A stretch of DNA of 18,302 nucleotides from Candidatus Sumerlaeales bacterium (GCA_038243585.1 JBBSQY010000060.1:1-18302), one strand, 5' to 3'; positions 9,340 through 17,999 are shown, numbered from the stretch's first letter. Notes: a model not told the origin generated them from the letters alone. Numbers and translations: made by a program.

Positions 9340-9369
9340 TGTGAGACAGGTAAGTGTGAAACAGGTAAG
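9340..9369. repeat. Tandem 15-bp direct repeat upstream of the ABC ATPase gene
   Basis: TGTGAGACAGGTAAG (9340-9354) and TGTGAAACAGGTAAG (9355-9369), 14/15 identical. Confidence 0.8.
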
Positions 9370-9398
9370 GAAGTTCAATACAGTAAAAGAGGCGCGAC

Positions 9399-9413
9399 GC
9401 CTATTCTACTTCT
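9399..9413. repeat. Left arm of inverted repeat bracketing cysK
   Basis: GCCTATTCTACTTCT; its reverse complement matches 10415-10429 at 14/15 positions. Confidence 0.7.
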
Positions 9414-9425
9414 ATCAGCGTCTGA

Positions 9426-10397
9426 TCAGTTCTTTATAAGATCGGAGACGTCATCGCTTTCGGAGCTTATGTCTTCATACAGCCATGTGCTGAGGTAACG
9501 TTCTGCGGAGGACGGTATAATGACTACGATGGTTTTGCCCTCATTTTCCGGACGTTTGGCTACTTGGCAAGCAGCCCAGATGGCGGAGCCGCTGCTGATT
9601 CCCACAGGAAGCCCCTCTTCGCTGCAGGCGCGCTTCGCATAAGTTGAGGAGTCTTCTTCGTTCACCAAAATTGTCTCATCAATCATGCTGACGTCAAGCG
9701 TGCCTGGAATAAATCCAGCTCCAAGCCCTTGCAGGCGGTGCTTGCCCGGCTCGCCCCCGGAGATGACAGGCGACCCCGCTGGCTCAAGTGCAATAGCCTT
9801 AAACGACGGCTTAAGAGGCTTGATATACGCGGAAACGCCGCTGATGGTTCCGCCAGTGCCAACGCCGCTGATTAAAATATCAACCGCGCCATCGGTATCT
9901 TCCCAGATTTCCGGCCCTGTAGTCGCCTGGTGGATTGCCGGATTAGCGGGACTTTCAAACTGCTGTGCGATAACGGCGCCTGGAATCTGTTTCTGAAGCT
10001 CTTCCGACCGTGCGATAGCACCTTTCATCCCTTTGGAACCATCTGTCAAAACAAGCCGTGCACCGAGGATCTTGAGAAGTTTCTTACGCTCCGTGCTGGC
10101 TGTCTCTGGCATGGTTATAATCAAAGTATAACCTTTCGCAGCAGCCACAAATGCCAGTGCGATTCCAGTGTTGCCACTGGTCGCTTCAATAAGAGTTGTT
10201 TTACCTGGTTCAATCCCCTTAGTCTTTTCCAGGTGTTCGATCATTGCAAGCCCGATGCGATCTTTCACGCTTCCCAGCGGGTTAAAAAACTCAAGTTTCA
10301 GAAGCACCGTAGCCTTGGCGCCGTCCGTAATCCGGTTTAACTTAACTAGCGGAGTACGACCAATCGTCTCCAGAATGTTGTTATAAATTTTTGCCAT
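9426..10397 (-). CDS. cysK: Cysteine synthase A (O-acetylserine sulfhydrylase)
   Basis: IGRTPLVKL, NPLGSVKDRIG (PLP lysine), EATSGNTGIALA, GVGTGGT, QGLGAGFIP, GISSG, ERYLST; GGGAG ribosome-binding site 6 nt upstream. Confidence 0.96.
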   Translation of the reverse strand: MAKIYNNILETIGRTPLVKLNRITDGAKATVLLKLEFFNPLGSVKDRIGLAMIEHLEKTKGIEPGKTTLIEATSGNTGIALAFVAAAKGYTLIITMPETASTERKKLLKILGARLVLTDGSKGMKGAIARSEELQKQIPGAVIAQQFESPANPAIHQATTGPEIWEDTDGAVDILISGVGTGGTISGVSAYIKPLKPSFKAIALEPAGSPVISGGEPGKHRLQGLGAGFIPGTLDVSMIDETILVNEEDSSTYAKRACSEEGLPVGISSGSAIWAACQVAKRPENEGKTIVVIIPSSAERYLSTWLYEDISSESDDVSDLIKN

Positions 10398-10414
10398 GCG
10401 ATGCTCCCTTTATC

Positions 10415-10429
10415 AGAAGTAGAACAGGC
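10415..10429. repeat. Right arm of inverted repeat bracketing cysK
   Basis: AGAAGTAGAACAGGC in the cysK 5' intergenic region; also overlaps a local hairpin ACAGGC-attcc-GCCTGT (10424-10440). Confidence 0.7.
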
Positions 10430-10460
10430 ATTCCGCCTGTATCTCTATTACTCTACTACG

Positions 10461-10895
10461 TTATATGTACCACATCAGCGCTTCTATATCCTGCTCGCTA
10501 AGCGCCTCATCAGCCATCTCCTGCAATGATACCGTCTCTAGCTTGTTGCGCACATAAATGCGGATGTCTTCCATTAAAACAAGGACGCCGGAAGGCGCCA
10601 TATTTTCAGCCGAGCCTATCCCCGACCGATCATGAGACATAGGCTCTTCCACCGCCGAAAGTATTCTTCCCACTGAGACAAGCTTTGGATTGCCCGACAG
10701 CTCGTATCCACCCTTTGGCCCAGCCTTGCTTTTCACCAGTCCGGCTGATTTTAACGCTAGCAGAATCTGCTCTAGAAATTTTTTCGGCAAATCCTGAGAG
10801 GTAGCCACCTGCGTAATCGTCATGGCCGACTCACTGTTGCGAGCCAGCGCGATCATCGCACGCAAAGCATACTCTCCTTTTTTGCTCAATCTCAT
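10461..10895 (-). CDS. cymR: Rrf2-family transcriptional regulator, CymR-like (no cysteines)
   Basis: MRLSKKGEYALRAM..FLEQIL..GLVKSKAGPKGGYEL winged-helix pattern; no Fe-S-ligating Cys; C-terminal MWYI like CymR MFYI; directly upstream of cysK. The symbol is inferred from these features. Confidence 0.8.
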   Translation of the reverse strand: MRLSKKGEYALRAMIALARNSESAMTITQVATSQDLPKKFLEQILLALKSAGLVKSKAGPKGGYELSGNPKLVSVGRILSAVEEPMSHDRSGIGSAENMAPSGVLVLMEDIRIYVRNKLETVSLQEMADEALSEQDIEALMWYI

Positions 10896-10916
10896 CGCCG
10901 TTTTCTAACCAACGAC

Positions 10917-10941
10917 AATGTCTATATATTCGGTAGATATT
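10917..10941. promoter_or_regulatory. Putative Rrf2/CymR operator palindrome
   Basis: AATGTCTA-N9-TAGATATT (7/8 dyad match), AT-rich, 21 nt upstream of the regulator start. Confidence 0.55.
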
Positions 10942-11166
10942 AGGAGGATTGCGTAAAAAAAGACCAGAAACAGAGAAGGATCGGTCAGGTCAGCGGGTTC
11001 TGTTCACGACCGACGCAATTCAGAATTGTAATATCTGTACGGACGTCCCATAAAGCTCTTACACAGTAAGCGCGAAGGAGTCACCGTAGCACGGTTAGTC
11101 CGTCGCTTATCAACAGCATTTTTGTTGTCTTTCAATACCAGGAGATTTTGCTGGTTGTAAAAGAGA

Positions 11167-11607
11167 TTAAGTGTCATACTCTCCGCTATCGAAAGGCTCA
11201 GGAAACGCCATGTAATTTCCAGGCTCAAAATGCGCCCACCACGGATCATCATCGGTCTCACCTGGCCGAAGAATAAGCCCGAAAACAAGCCCAAACTGTT
11301 CAACCTGGAACGGTTGGATTTTAATGGTCTCGATGCTGATCTTACCCAGCAGGGAAAGAAATTTCGTCGGATATGCCTTTGCACTTTCTGCCGCTGCGTG
11401 GCAGTTAAGGCCAAGGTCTTCTATTTGAGAACTTACCAGCGCCCCTGCGGCGTCGAAAATGTACAGAGCAGCAAACTCCCGACCGCTTTCTTCACGGCTA
11501 GCAGCCACAAAGGGAGTCGTCAGGAAAAACTGGCGACCATCCAGAGTGCGACCGACATTCTCGGCATGGTACTCATCAGGTGTAATAGTAACCAGAATAG
11601 ATGACAT
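11167..11607 (-). CDS. Hypothetical protein (146 aa, ends PFDSGEYDT)
   Basis: Begins 12 nt after the gatB stop on the same strand; composition looks like a globular protein, unlike the overlapping alternative ORFs. Confidence 0.75.
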   Translation of the reverse strand: MSSILVTITPDEYHAENVGRTLDGRQFFLTTPFVAASREESGREFAALYIFDAAGALVSSQIEDLGLNCHAAAESAKAYPTKFLSLLGKISIETIKIQPFQVEQFGLVFGLILRPGETDDDPWWAHFEPGNYMAFPEPFDSGEYDT

Positions 11608-11619
11608 TAACGGAATTGA

Positions 11620-13056
11620 TTACCCCAGTTTTTTCGCCAGCAGTTCGTTCACCATCTGCGGATTTGCCTTCCCGCGGCTTACTTTCATGACTAAACCAAC
11701 CATCGCCTGAATTGTTTTCGTCTGTCCTGCTTTAACTTTTTCCGCCATATCAGGGTTTTCTGTAATAACTTGGTCCACAAACGCTTCAATTTCTCCAGTA
11801 TCTGAAACCTGAAGCAGACCCTCCCGCTTCACAATCTCCTCCGGCTCGCCGCCGCCCTCCAGCGCCTTGACAAGTATCGTTTTGCCAGTCTTGCCATTGA
11901 TCTTTTTCTCATCGATCATCCGCACGATCGAAGCCAGTCCCTCTGGCTTCAGTTCCACATCATCCGGCTCAGCATCCCTGTCTTTCAACTCCCGTAAAAA
12001 CTCCGTCATCATCCAGTTAGAGATGCCCTTCGGATTAGCGTGAGTCGCGACAGCTTTTTCAAAATAAGACGCCACTGGCTTGCTCTGCGTCAAAACCTTT
12101 GCGTCATATTCCGGCAACGCATACTCTTCAATAAATCGCCTGTACTTTGCGCCCTGCAGTTCCGGAAGATGCGCTCTTACATCCTCTCGCCATTCCTCTG
12201 TGATATGGACCTCCACAAGGTCCGGGTCGGGAAAATATCGATAATCATTTGCCACTTCCTTGTTGCGCATGGCGCGGGTGCACGAGGCCGGCTCATCCCA
12301 CAGGCGCGTCTCGGGAAGGATCGTTTCGCCCCGTTTCACCATTTCGCTCTGGCGAGAAAACTCATGCTCGATGCATTTGATAGCCGTTCTCATAGAATTA
12401 AGATTTTTAATTTCAACCTTTGTCCCCAGCTTCGTAGTTCCCTTTTCTCGCACGGAGATATTAACCTCAAAACGGAGCCGCCCCTCCTGCATCTTGCAGT
12501 CGCTCACTTCCGTGTACTCGAGTAAGTTCTTTAGAGTGTTCATATATGCAAGGGCGTCCTCTACCCCCGTCAGATCGGGTTCGCTCACGATTTCCATCAG
12601 CGGGGTTCCCGCCCGGTTCAAGTCCACCAGCGAATAATCTGCTCCCATAGTTTCCGGATGAATAAGCTTGCCGGCGTCTTCCTCCAGATGGACGTTGTTG
12701 ATACGGATACGCCGCGTCTCCTCCCCCACCTGCATATCCAAAAAACCACCCATCCCCAAGGCCGCGTAGTTTTGCGAAATTTGGTAATTCTTCGGCAGGT
12801 CAGGGTAATAATAATTCTTGCGGTCAAAGTTGGTATGTTCGGTAATATCGCAATTCAACGCGAGCGCAGCTCGAATCGTATACTCGACGGCCTTGCGGTT
12901 AAGCACCGGCAGAACCCCTGGCATTCCAAGGCAAATTGGGCACACTTGAGTATTAGGAGGAGCGCCAAAGCGAGTGGGACACCCGCAGAATACTTTCGAT
13001 TCCGTACACAGTTCAACGTGTACTTCCATACCAATAACCGGCTCAAGGTTCATCAT
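11620..13056 (-). CDS. gatB: Asp-tRNA(Asn)/Glu-tRNA(Gln) amidotransferase subunit B
   Basis: VIGMEVHVEL, FDRKNYYYPDLPKNYQISQ, HLEEDAGK, NRAGTPLMEIVSEPD, EIKNLNS, DYRYFPDPDL, GKANP. Confidence 0.97.
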   Translation of the reverse strand: MMNLEPVIGMEVHVELCTESKVFCGCPTRFGAPPNTQVCPICLGMPGVLPVLNRKAVEYTIRAALALNCDITEHTNFDRKNYYYPDLPKNYQISQNYAALGMGGFLDMQVGEETRRIRINNVHLEEDAGKLIHPETMGADYSLVDLNRAGTPLMEIVSEPDLTGVEDALAYMNTLKNLLEYTEVSDCKMQEGRLRFEVNISVREKGTTKLGTKVEIKNLNSMRTAIKCIEHEFSRQSEMVKRGETILPETRLWDEPASCTRAMRNKEVANDYRYFPDPDLVEVHITEEWREDVRAHLPELQGAKYRRFIEEYALPEYDAKVLTQSKPVASYFEKAVATHANPKGISNWMMTEFLRELKDRDAEPDDVELKPEGLASIVRMIDEKKINGKTGKTILVKALEGGGEPEEIVKREGLLQVSDTGEIEAFVDQVITENPDMAEKVKAGQTKTIQAMVGLVMKVSRGKANPQMVNELLAKKLG

Positions 13057-13202
13057 AGCTTTGCGGATTTCCTTATACGATGTCGATTTGCGCTACACAA
13101 TGTGCTACTCTTTCACAATCGATATAACCATTATGCGATTTTCATTGCCCGGGGCAACCGAAACAGTGTCTATTTGCATCGAAATTCGTACAGGAGCCAT
13201 AT

Positions 13203-14867
13203 ATGTTAGACCAAATAACAAAAAAGATCACGCTTTCCGTTTTCTCAATTATTGTGGCCATTCCAGCCTCATCTGCAGCAGCTGAGTTAATGGTGCCTTT
13301 GCCCTACACAACTATCCAGTCCGCTATAAACGCTGCGGGTATCCGCGACATCATAAAAATAGCTCCTGGCACCTATAGTGAAAACATCTCACTCGGAGGG
13401 AAAAATGTTACCATTGAAGCTTTTAATACCAATTTCGATACGATTATCGACGGCGGAGCGAAAGGTCCTGTTGTAACTTTTCAAGGCAGCGAAACCTCAG
13501 AATGCGTGCTGCGTAATTTAATTCTTCGGAACGGCAAAGCCGCTCAGGGGGCAGGGGTTACTGGCAACTTCACCATGGCGACCATTAAAAACTGCACTAT
13601 CGGAGGAAACATCGCATCGGGATCCGGTGGCGGCGTACACGGCCTTTCAGGATTAATGCAAAATTGTGTTATTACGTTAAATCAGGCAGTCGACGGGGGC
13701 GGCATAGCGGGCTGTGACGGCTTAATAGACAAATGCAAAATCACCCTTAATAAAGCCAGTGGGGCCGGGGGCGGCATATTCGACACAAAAGGCGTAATCA
13801 AAAGGTCTGAGATATCAAAAAATGAGGCAGTCACTGCCGGCGGCGGTCTTCACCAGATAGACGCGGTGGTTTCTGAAAACGTAATCAAAGCCAATGTCGT
13901 TACCGCTACCGGCCCAACTGACACCCCTGCCAGTTCCGGAGGCGGCATTAACGATTGTAGCGGTACGATGACTCTTAACATGATTTTTGAAAACACCAGC
14001 AACGGTGACGGAGGCGGCATTTCTAATTCCGATGCACTGATTCAAAACAATATTATCACAAATAACAGCGCTCGCCGCGGCGGGGGTATGGTTGGATGCA
14101 AGGGCCGGGTTGAAAACAACACTATCTGGGGTAACGGAGGTGTCACGTTAGGTGGCGGTTGTCTGAACATGGGCACCCTTGTCGCAAATTGCATTATCTA
14201 TGGCAATAGCGCACCGGCCGGAGCACAATGGTCGGGTGATAATTCGCCCACATATTCCTGCGTCCAGGGATGGACAGGTGGACAGACAGACATCATCACA
14301 GAGTATCCGCAATTTGAAGACGCGACCGCGAAACGTTTCAAGCTTCTTGCGTCCTCCCCTTGTGTCGACGCCGGCAAATTTATACCTGGGTTATTCGTTG
14401 ACTATGATGGAGATGCACGACCTTATGATGGTTCCGCCGTTACTCGTGGAGACGGATCAAACTTCGATATAGGAGCCGATGAGTTTGTTCCAGCTAACAT
14501 TGACCTCGCCACCCAGTGGGGCATAGTGAAAACGAAATATAAGAAAGCTTTTCCAAAACTGAAGACACAAATTGTAGGAAACGCAGTTGTAGCAAACGTC
14601 GGATCTGAAGCCACTGCCTCGCCCTTTAGTATCCAGTTTTATCTTTCTGTCGATTCCATATTTGATGCCGGAGATCTTGCCGTGGGCAAAACGATCAATG
14701 TGAAAAAGTTAAAAGCAGGGAAAGCGAAGAAAGCAAAAGTTCAGGTTAAGCTGCCCCTTAACCAGGTAGCGACCGGATTGTTTTTAATCGCGGTGGCCGA
14801 CATTGGAAACACTGTCGCGGAAGGAAATGAACTAAATAACATAGCCGCTTATGGTCCACTTCCTTAA
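13203..14867 (+). CDS. Secreted right-handed beta-helix protein with choice-of-anchor-Q-like segment and C-terminal Lys-rich CARDB-like domain
   Basis: Signal peptide ending ..PASSAA; YTTIQSAI..IAPGTYSENI beta-helix cap; repeated N.A..GGG units; LLASSPCVDAG..D.DGDARP..DIGADE; terminal domain with FYLS.D and VAEGNELNN; AGGAG ribosome-binding site 6 nt upstream. Confidence 0.8.
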   Translation: MLDQITKKITLSVFSIIVAIPASSAAAELMVPLPYTTIQSAINAAGIRDIIKIAPGTYSENISLGGKNVTIEAFNTNFDTIIDGGAKGPVVTFQGSETSECVLRNLILRNGKAAQGAGVTGNFTMATIKNCTIGGNIASGSGGGVHGLSGLMQNCVITLNQAVDGGGIAGCDGLIDKCKITLNKASGAGGGIFDTKGVIKRSEISKNEAVTAGGGLHQIDAVVSENVIKANVVTATGPTDTPASSGGGINDCSGTMTLNMIFENTSNGDGGGISNSDALIQNNIITNNSARRGGGMVGCKGRVENNTIWGNGGVTLGGGCLNMGTLVANCIIYGNSAPAGAQWSGDNSPTYSCVQGWTGGQTDIITEYPQFEDATAKRFKLLASSPCVDAGKFIPGLFVDYDGDARPYDGSAVTRGDGSNFDIGADEFVPANIDLATQWGIVKTKYKKAFPKLKTQIVGNAVVANVGSEATASPFSIQFYLSVDSIFDAGDLAVGKTINVKKLKAGKAKKAKVQVKLPLNQVATGLFLIAVADIGNTVAEGNELNNIAAYGPLP

Positions 14868-15075
14868 CAGTAATCGGGCCGCTTAGGCCGTACCAACCGT
14901 ATACTGTTATTTTTATATTGACAACAGGTAAATCATTAAAGTTTTGTCGTGGTAGTTCGAACTGTATCATCGAACTTAACACATTAATCTTTTTGCATGA
15001 AAAAGCGCAGCCCGGCAACATCAAGGGCCCCGCGCGAATGTGCTCTTTGACAACCAGGAGGTAGAAAACGTTTCC

Positions 15076-16644
15076 ATGGAAAACGGTGTAATAATTACCG
15101 TTGTCGTGAGCGTGATCGTTGTGCTGATCATAGCTGCGGCAATATATTGGGTAATGAAGAAGCGTAACGAGGACTTGATCAGCTCGGCGGAGAGAACAGC
15201 CCGTCAGGTTGTAGAAAAAGCGGAAATTGAAGCTGATAATATCCGCAAGACCGCTGAATTGGAGTCAAACGAACGCATCAATCAGAAAGAGCGGCAAGCC
15301 GATAAAGACAGCCAGCGCCGAAAAGGCGAGGTTGAACGGATCGAAAACCGCTTAAAGAGCAAAGAACGAACGCTCGATACTAAAATCGAGCAGTATGAGC
15401 GCCGGGAACGTCAAATTGCGGACAAAGAGCTGCAACTTGACGACCGCACCGCCGATGTAAAAAAACGCGATGGGGAACTGGCTAAGCTGGAAGACGAAAC
15501 GCGGCGAAAGGCTGAGCAAATAAGCGGAATGACCGCTGAGGAAGCAAAAAAAATGCTTCTCGACAGTCTGGAATCCACACTTAGGCAGGAACAGGCAGTT
15601 GTAATACGACGGGTTGAAGGGGAAACAAAAGAACAGGCTGCAAAAAAAGCCCGTCAGATCATAACCCTCGCTATTCAGAAATGTTCTTCCGAGCAGGTTT
15701 CCGAATCCACGTGCTCTGTGCTTACGCTCCCCTCGGAAGATGTAAAGGGACGTATCATCGGGCGAGAAGGTCGCAACATTCGGGCCTTGGAAGCGGCAAC
15801 GGGCGTTAATCTTATTATCGACGACACCCCTGAAGCCGTTGTGCTGTCATGCTTTGATCCGCTCCGTCGGGAAATTGCACGACTCTCGCTGGAAAAGCTT
15901 CTGGCCGATGGACGCATTCATCCCGCTAGAATCGAAGAAGTTGTAAAGAAAACTGAAAAAGAACTGCTGGAACATTTACGGCAGGAAGGTGAGCAGGTCG
16001 CTTTTGACCTGGGAATCCATGATCTACATCCCGAGATTATTAAACTGCTCGGGCGTCTCAAATTCCGCACCTCGTATGGCCAAAACATCCTTCTCCACGT
16101 GGCCGAGGTTGCATTCCTATGCGCTTCCATGGCAGCTGAAATTGGTGCCGATATAGGACTGGCTAAACGGGCCGGTCTGCTGCATGATATCGGAAAAGCT
16201 GTAAGTCACGAAGTTCAGGGCACGCACGCTCTCATAGGAGCCGATCTTTGCAAGAAGTACGGCGAAAGCGCCCCGGTGGTTCACGCCATCGCGGCACATC
16301 ATAACGAAGAAGAACCAAGAACCCTCGTCGCAATTCTCGTTCAGGCTGCCGATGCCATTTCTGCATCCAGGCCTGGAGCCCGCCGCGAAAGTCTCGAAAG
16401 CTATGTAAAACGACTGGAGAAGCTGGAAGAAATTGCAAACAGTTTCCCGGGAGTTGAAAAAACATATGCTCTTCAGGCCGGACGTGAAGTCCGAATCATG
16501 GTGGAACCTGAGATACTCAATGACGGTGAAGCTGCCGCCCTTGCCCGCGACGTTACAAAACGAATCGAAAATGAACTCGAGTATCCGGGACAAATTAAAG
16601 TCACTGTTCTAAGAGAAAAGCGGATAGTCGAATACGCAAAGTAA
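15076..16644 (+). CDS. rny: Ribonuclease Y
   Basis: N-terminal transmembrane helix, coiled coil, KH domain ([16 protein letters not shown]), HD domain (AGLLHDIGK), [27 protein letters not shown] 15076 preferred, with AGGAGG upstream. Confidence 0.97.
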   Translation: MENGVIITVVVSVIVVLIIAAAIYWVMKKRNEDLISSAERTARQVVEKAEIEADNIRKTAELESNERINQKERQADKDSQRRKGEVERIENRLKSKERTLDTKIEQYERRERQIADKELQLDDRTADVKKRDGELAKLEDETRRKAEQISGMTAEEAKKMLLDSLESTLRQEQAVVIRRVEGETKEQAAKKARQIITLAIQKCSSEQVSESTCSVLTLPSEDVKGRIIGREGRNIRALEAATGVNLIIDDTPEAVVLSCFDPLRREIARLSLEKLLADGRIHPARIEEVVKKTEKELLEHLRQEGEQVAFDLGIHDLHPEIIKLLGRLKFRTSYGQNILLHVAEVAFLCASMAAEIGADIGLAKRAGLLHDIGKAVSHEVQGTHALIGADLCKKYGESAPVVHAIAAHHNEEEPRTLVAILVQAADAISASRPGARRESLESYVKRLEKLEEIANSFPGVEKTYALQAGREVRIMVEPEILNDGEAAALARDVTKRIENELEYPGQIKVTVLREKRIVEYAK

Positions 16645-16718
16645 TACTTTAACAACCACGGTGCCTGTCCCCTGGCAGTCGCCGCAACCTGCACCGCGAA
16701 CCATTTATTACTGCAAAC

Positions 16719-16750
16719 GCCTCGGCGGTCCTCGAAAGGACCGCCGGGGC
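16719..16750. terminator. Strong hairpin between convergent rny and the PQQ dehydrogenase gene; possible terminator or stabiliser
   Basis: GCCTCGGCGGTCCT-cgaa-AGGACCGCCGGGGC, a 14-bp stem with one G-U on the plus strand. Only a weak GTTTG tail on the minus strand. Confidence 0.55.
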
Positions 16751-16826
16751 AAACGTCAGCAAAAACCTCCTGGGTCAAACGCCGCGCCTCTGCGCGTATT
16801 TCTCATTTGTTTCCTTACGTTAGTTG

Positions 16827-17999
16827 TTACTCCGGCTCTATCCGAAGCAGTTCGCCTACTGCATGGTCGGTTAACACATAAAGATTTTCGTCTGGCCCCT
16901 GAACTACCGCGCGGACCCGGCGGCCAATAGGTAGGCTTTCTTGTTTGGTGATTTTGTTGTTGTCCAATTGAATTCGTCTGACATCCTGCGTCACAAGTCC
17001 GCCGGAAAACAAGCTGCCTTTCCAGTTCGGAAACTTGTCGCCCGTGTAGTACGCCAGGCCAGAGGTGCCAGTAGAGGGTACCCATACGACGATAGGATCT
17101 ACCATACCTGGGAGTGATTTTGAAGGGGTAATAAGTTCATTTGTGCCGTAATCGCGGCCAAAGCTCGCCTTAGGCCATCCGAAATTTTCTCCGGGCTTAA
17201 TCTCGTTCAACTCATCACCGCCACGGGGGCCGTGCTCCGTAACCCATGTACGTGTAGTAGTCGGGTCGACGGTAATGCCTTGGATGTTCCGGTGTCCAAA
17301 AGAATATATTTCAGGCAGCGCGCCGTCTTTGTTGACGAAAGGATTGTCCTTCGGCACGGTGCCATCATCTTTAACGCGCACTACAGATCCGTTAGCGCTA
17401 CCCAGATTTTGAGCCTGATCACGGGCTAACATGCCGTCAATTTTAAGGGGCGGATTTCCGCCGTCGCCGATGCTCATCAGCAAAGTATTATCCGGCAGCC
17501 ACTCTAACACCGAACCAAAGTGCTGTCCTCCAGATTTCATTTTGTTGCCTTTAAAGATTTCTTCGACCTGCGTAAGTTGTGTGCCGTCAAATTTGGCGCG
17601 AGCAAGCACCGTGTGATTCGCCGACTCATCGCCGGCGGCATAGGTGAAGTAGATGAGCTTATTCTGTTCGAACTGGGGGTGAAGCGCAATATCTAACAGC
17701 CCTCCCTGCCCTTTTGCAAAGACTTCCGGCACACCTTTAATCGGTTCCTCAACCAGCTTGTTATCCTTTATCAGTCGGAGGCGACCAGGACGTTCCGTAA
17801 CCAAAATGTCGCCACTAGGAAGAAAAGCTAAACCCCAAGGATTCTCTAAGTTGCCAACGATCATCGTCTTTTTCCAACCGGTAGCCTTGGGGGAATCGGC
17901 GGTTGGCTCAACGGAGGCCGCTTCACCGCCGGGGATAAGAGTCGTGCATATCAGGCCAGCAGCCAAAACTGTAATTCCTTTTTTATACAACATGGGCAT
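16827..17999 (-). CDS. PQQ-dependent soluble aldose/glucose-sorbosone dehydrogenase (GSDH/YliI family), exported
   Basis: Signal peptide; LENPWGLAFLP, VTERPGRL, GQGGLLDIALHPQF, HFGS, EIYSFGHRNIQG, EHGPRGGDELN, NFGWP. Confidence 0.92.
   Translation of the reverse strand: MPMLYKKGITVLAAGLICTTLIPGGEAASVEPTADSPKATGWKKTMIVGNLENPWGLAFLPSGDILVTERPGRLRLIKDNKLVEEPIKGVPEVFAKGQGGLLDIALHPQFEQNKLIYFTYAAGDESANHTVLARAKFDGTQLTQVEEIFKGNKMKSGGQHFGSVLEWLPDNTLLMSIGDGGNPPLKIDGMLARDQAQNLGSANGSVVRVKDDGTVPKDNPFVNKDGALPEIYSFGHRNIQGITVDPTTTRTWVTEHGPRGGDELNEIKPGENFGWPKASFGRDYGTNELITPSKSLPGMVDPIVVWVPSTGTSGLAYYTGDKFPNWKGSLFSGGLVTQDVRRIQLDNNKITKQESLPIGRRVRAVVQGPDENLYVLTDHAVGELLRIEPE

Noticed and set aside
11105..11130. 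SAM-I riboswitch-like CTTATCAACAG near sulfur genes
   Set aside because: Wrong strand for the cluster, and the remaining SAM-I core (GAGGGA..GCCC, GCAACC, GGTGC) is absent.
11004..11414. 136-aa minus-strand ORF
   Set aside because: Overlaps the more protein-like 11167..11607 ORF in another frame; no motif.
13550..14200. Recurring GGCGGC-type motifs as a DNA repeat or CRISPR array
   Set aside because: They are Gly-Gly-Gly codons of beta-helix coils, with no constant repeat-spacer periodicity.
14868..15075. 6S RNA, LexA box or sigma70 promoter upstream of rny
   Set aside because: No long rod with central bubble is evident, the GAAC spacing fits no LexA consensus I know, and TTGACA at 14918 has no well-spaced -10 element.
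16745..16785. c-di-GMP-I-like fragments (GGCAAAC..GCAAAAACCTCC..GGTC)
   Set aside because: The required GNRA-capped P2 stem is missing, and the site lies between convergent 3' ends.
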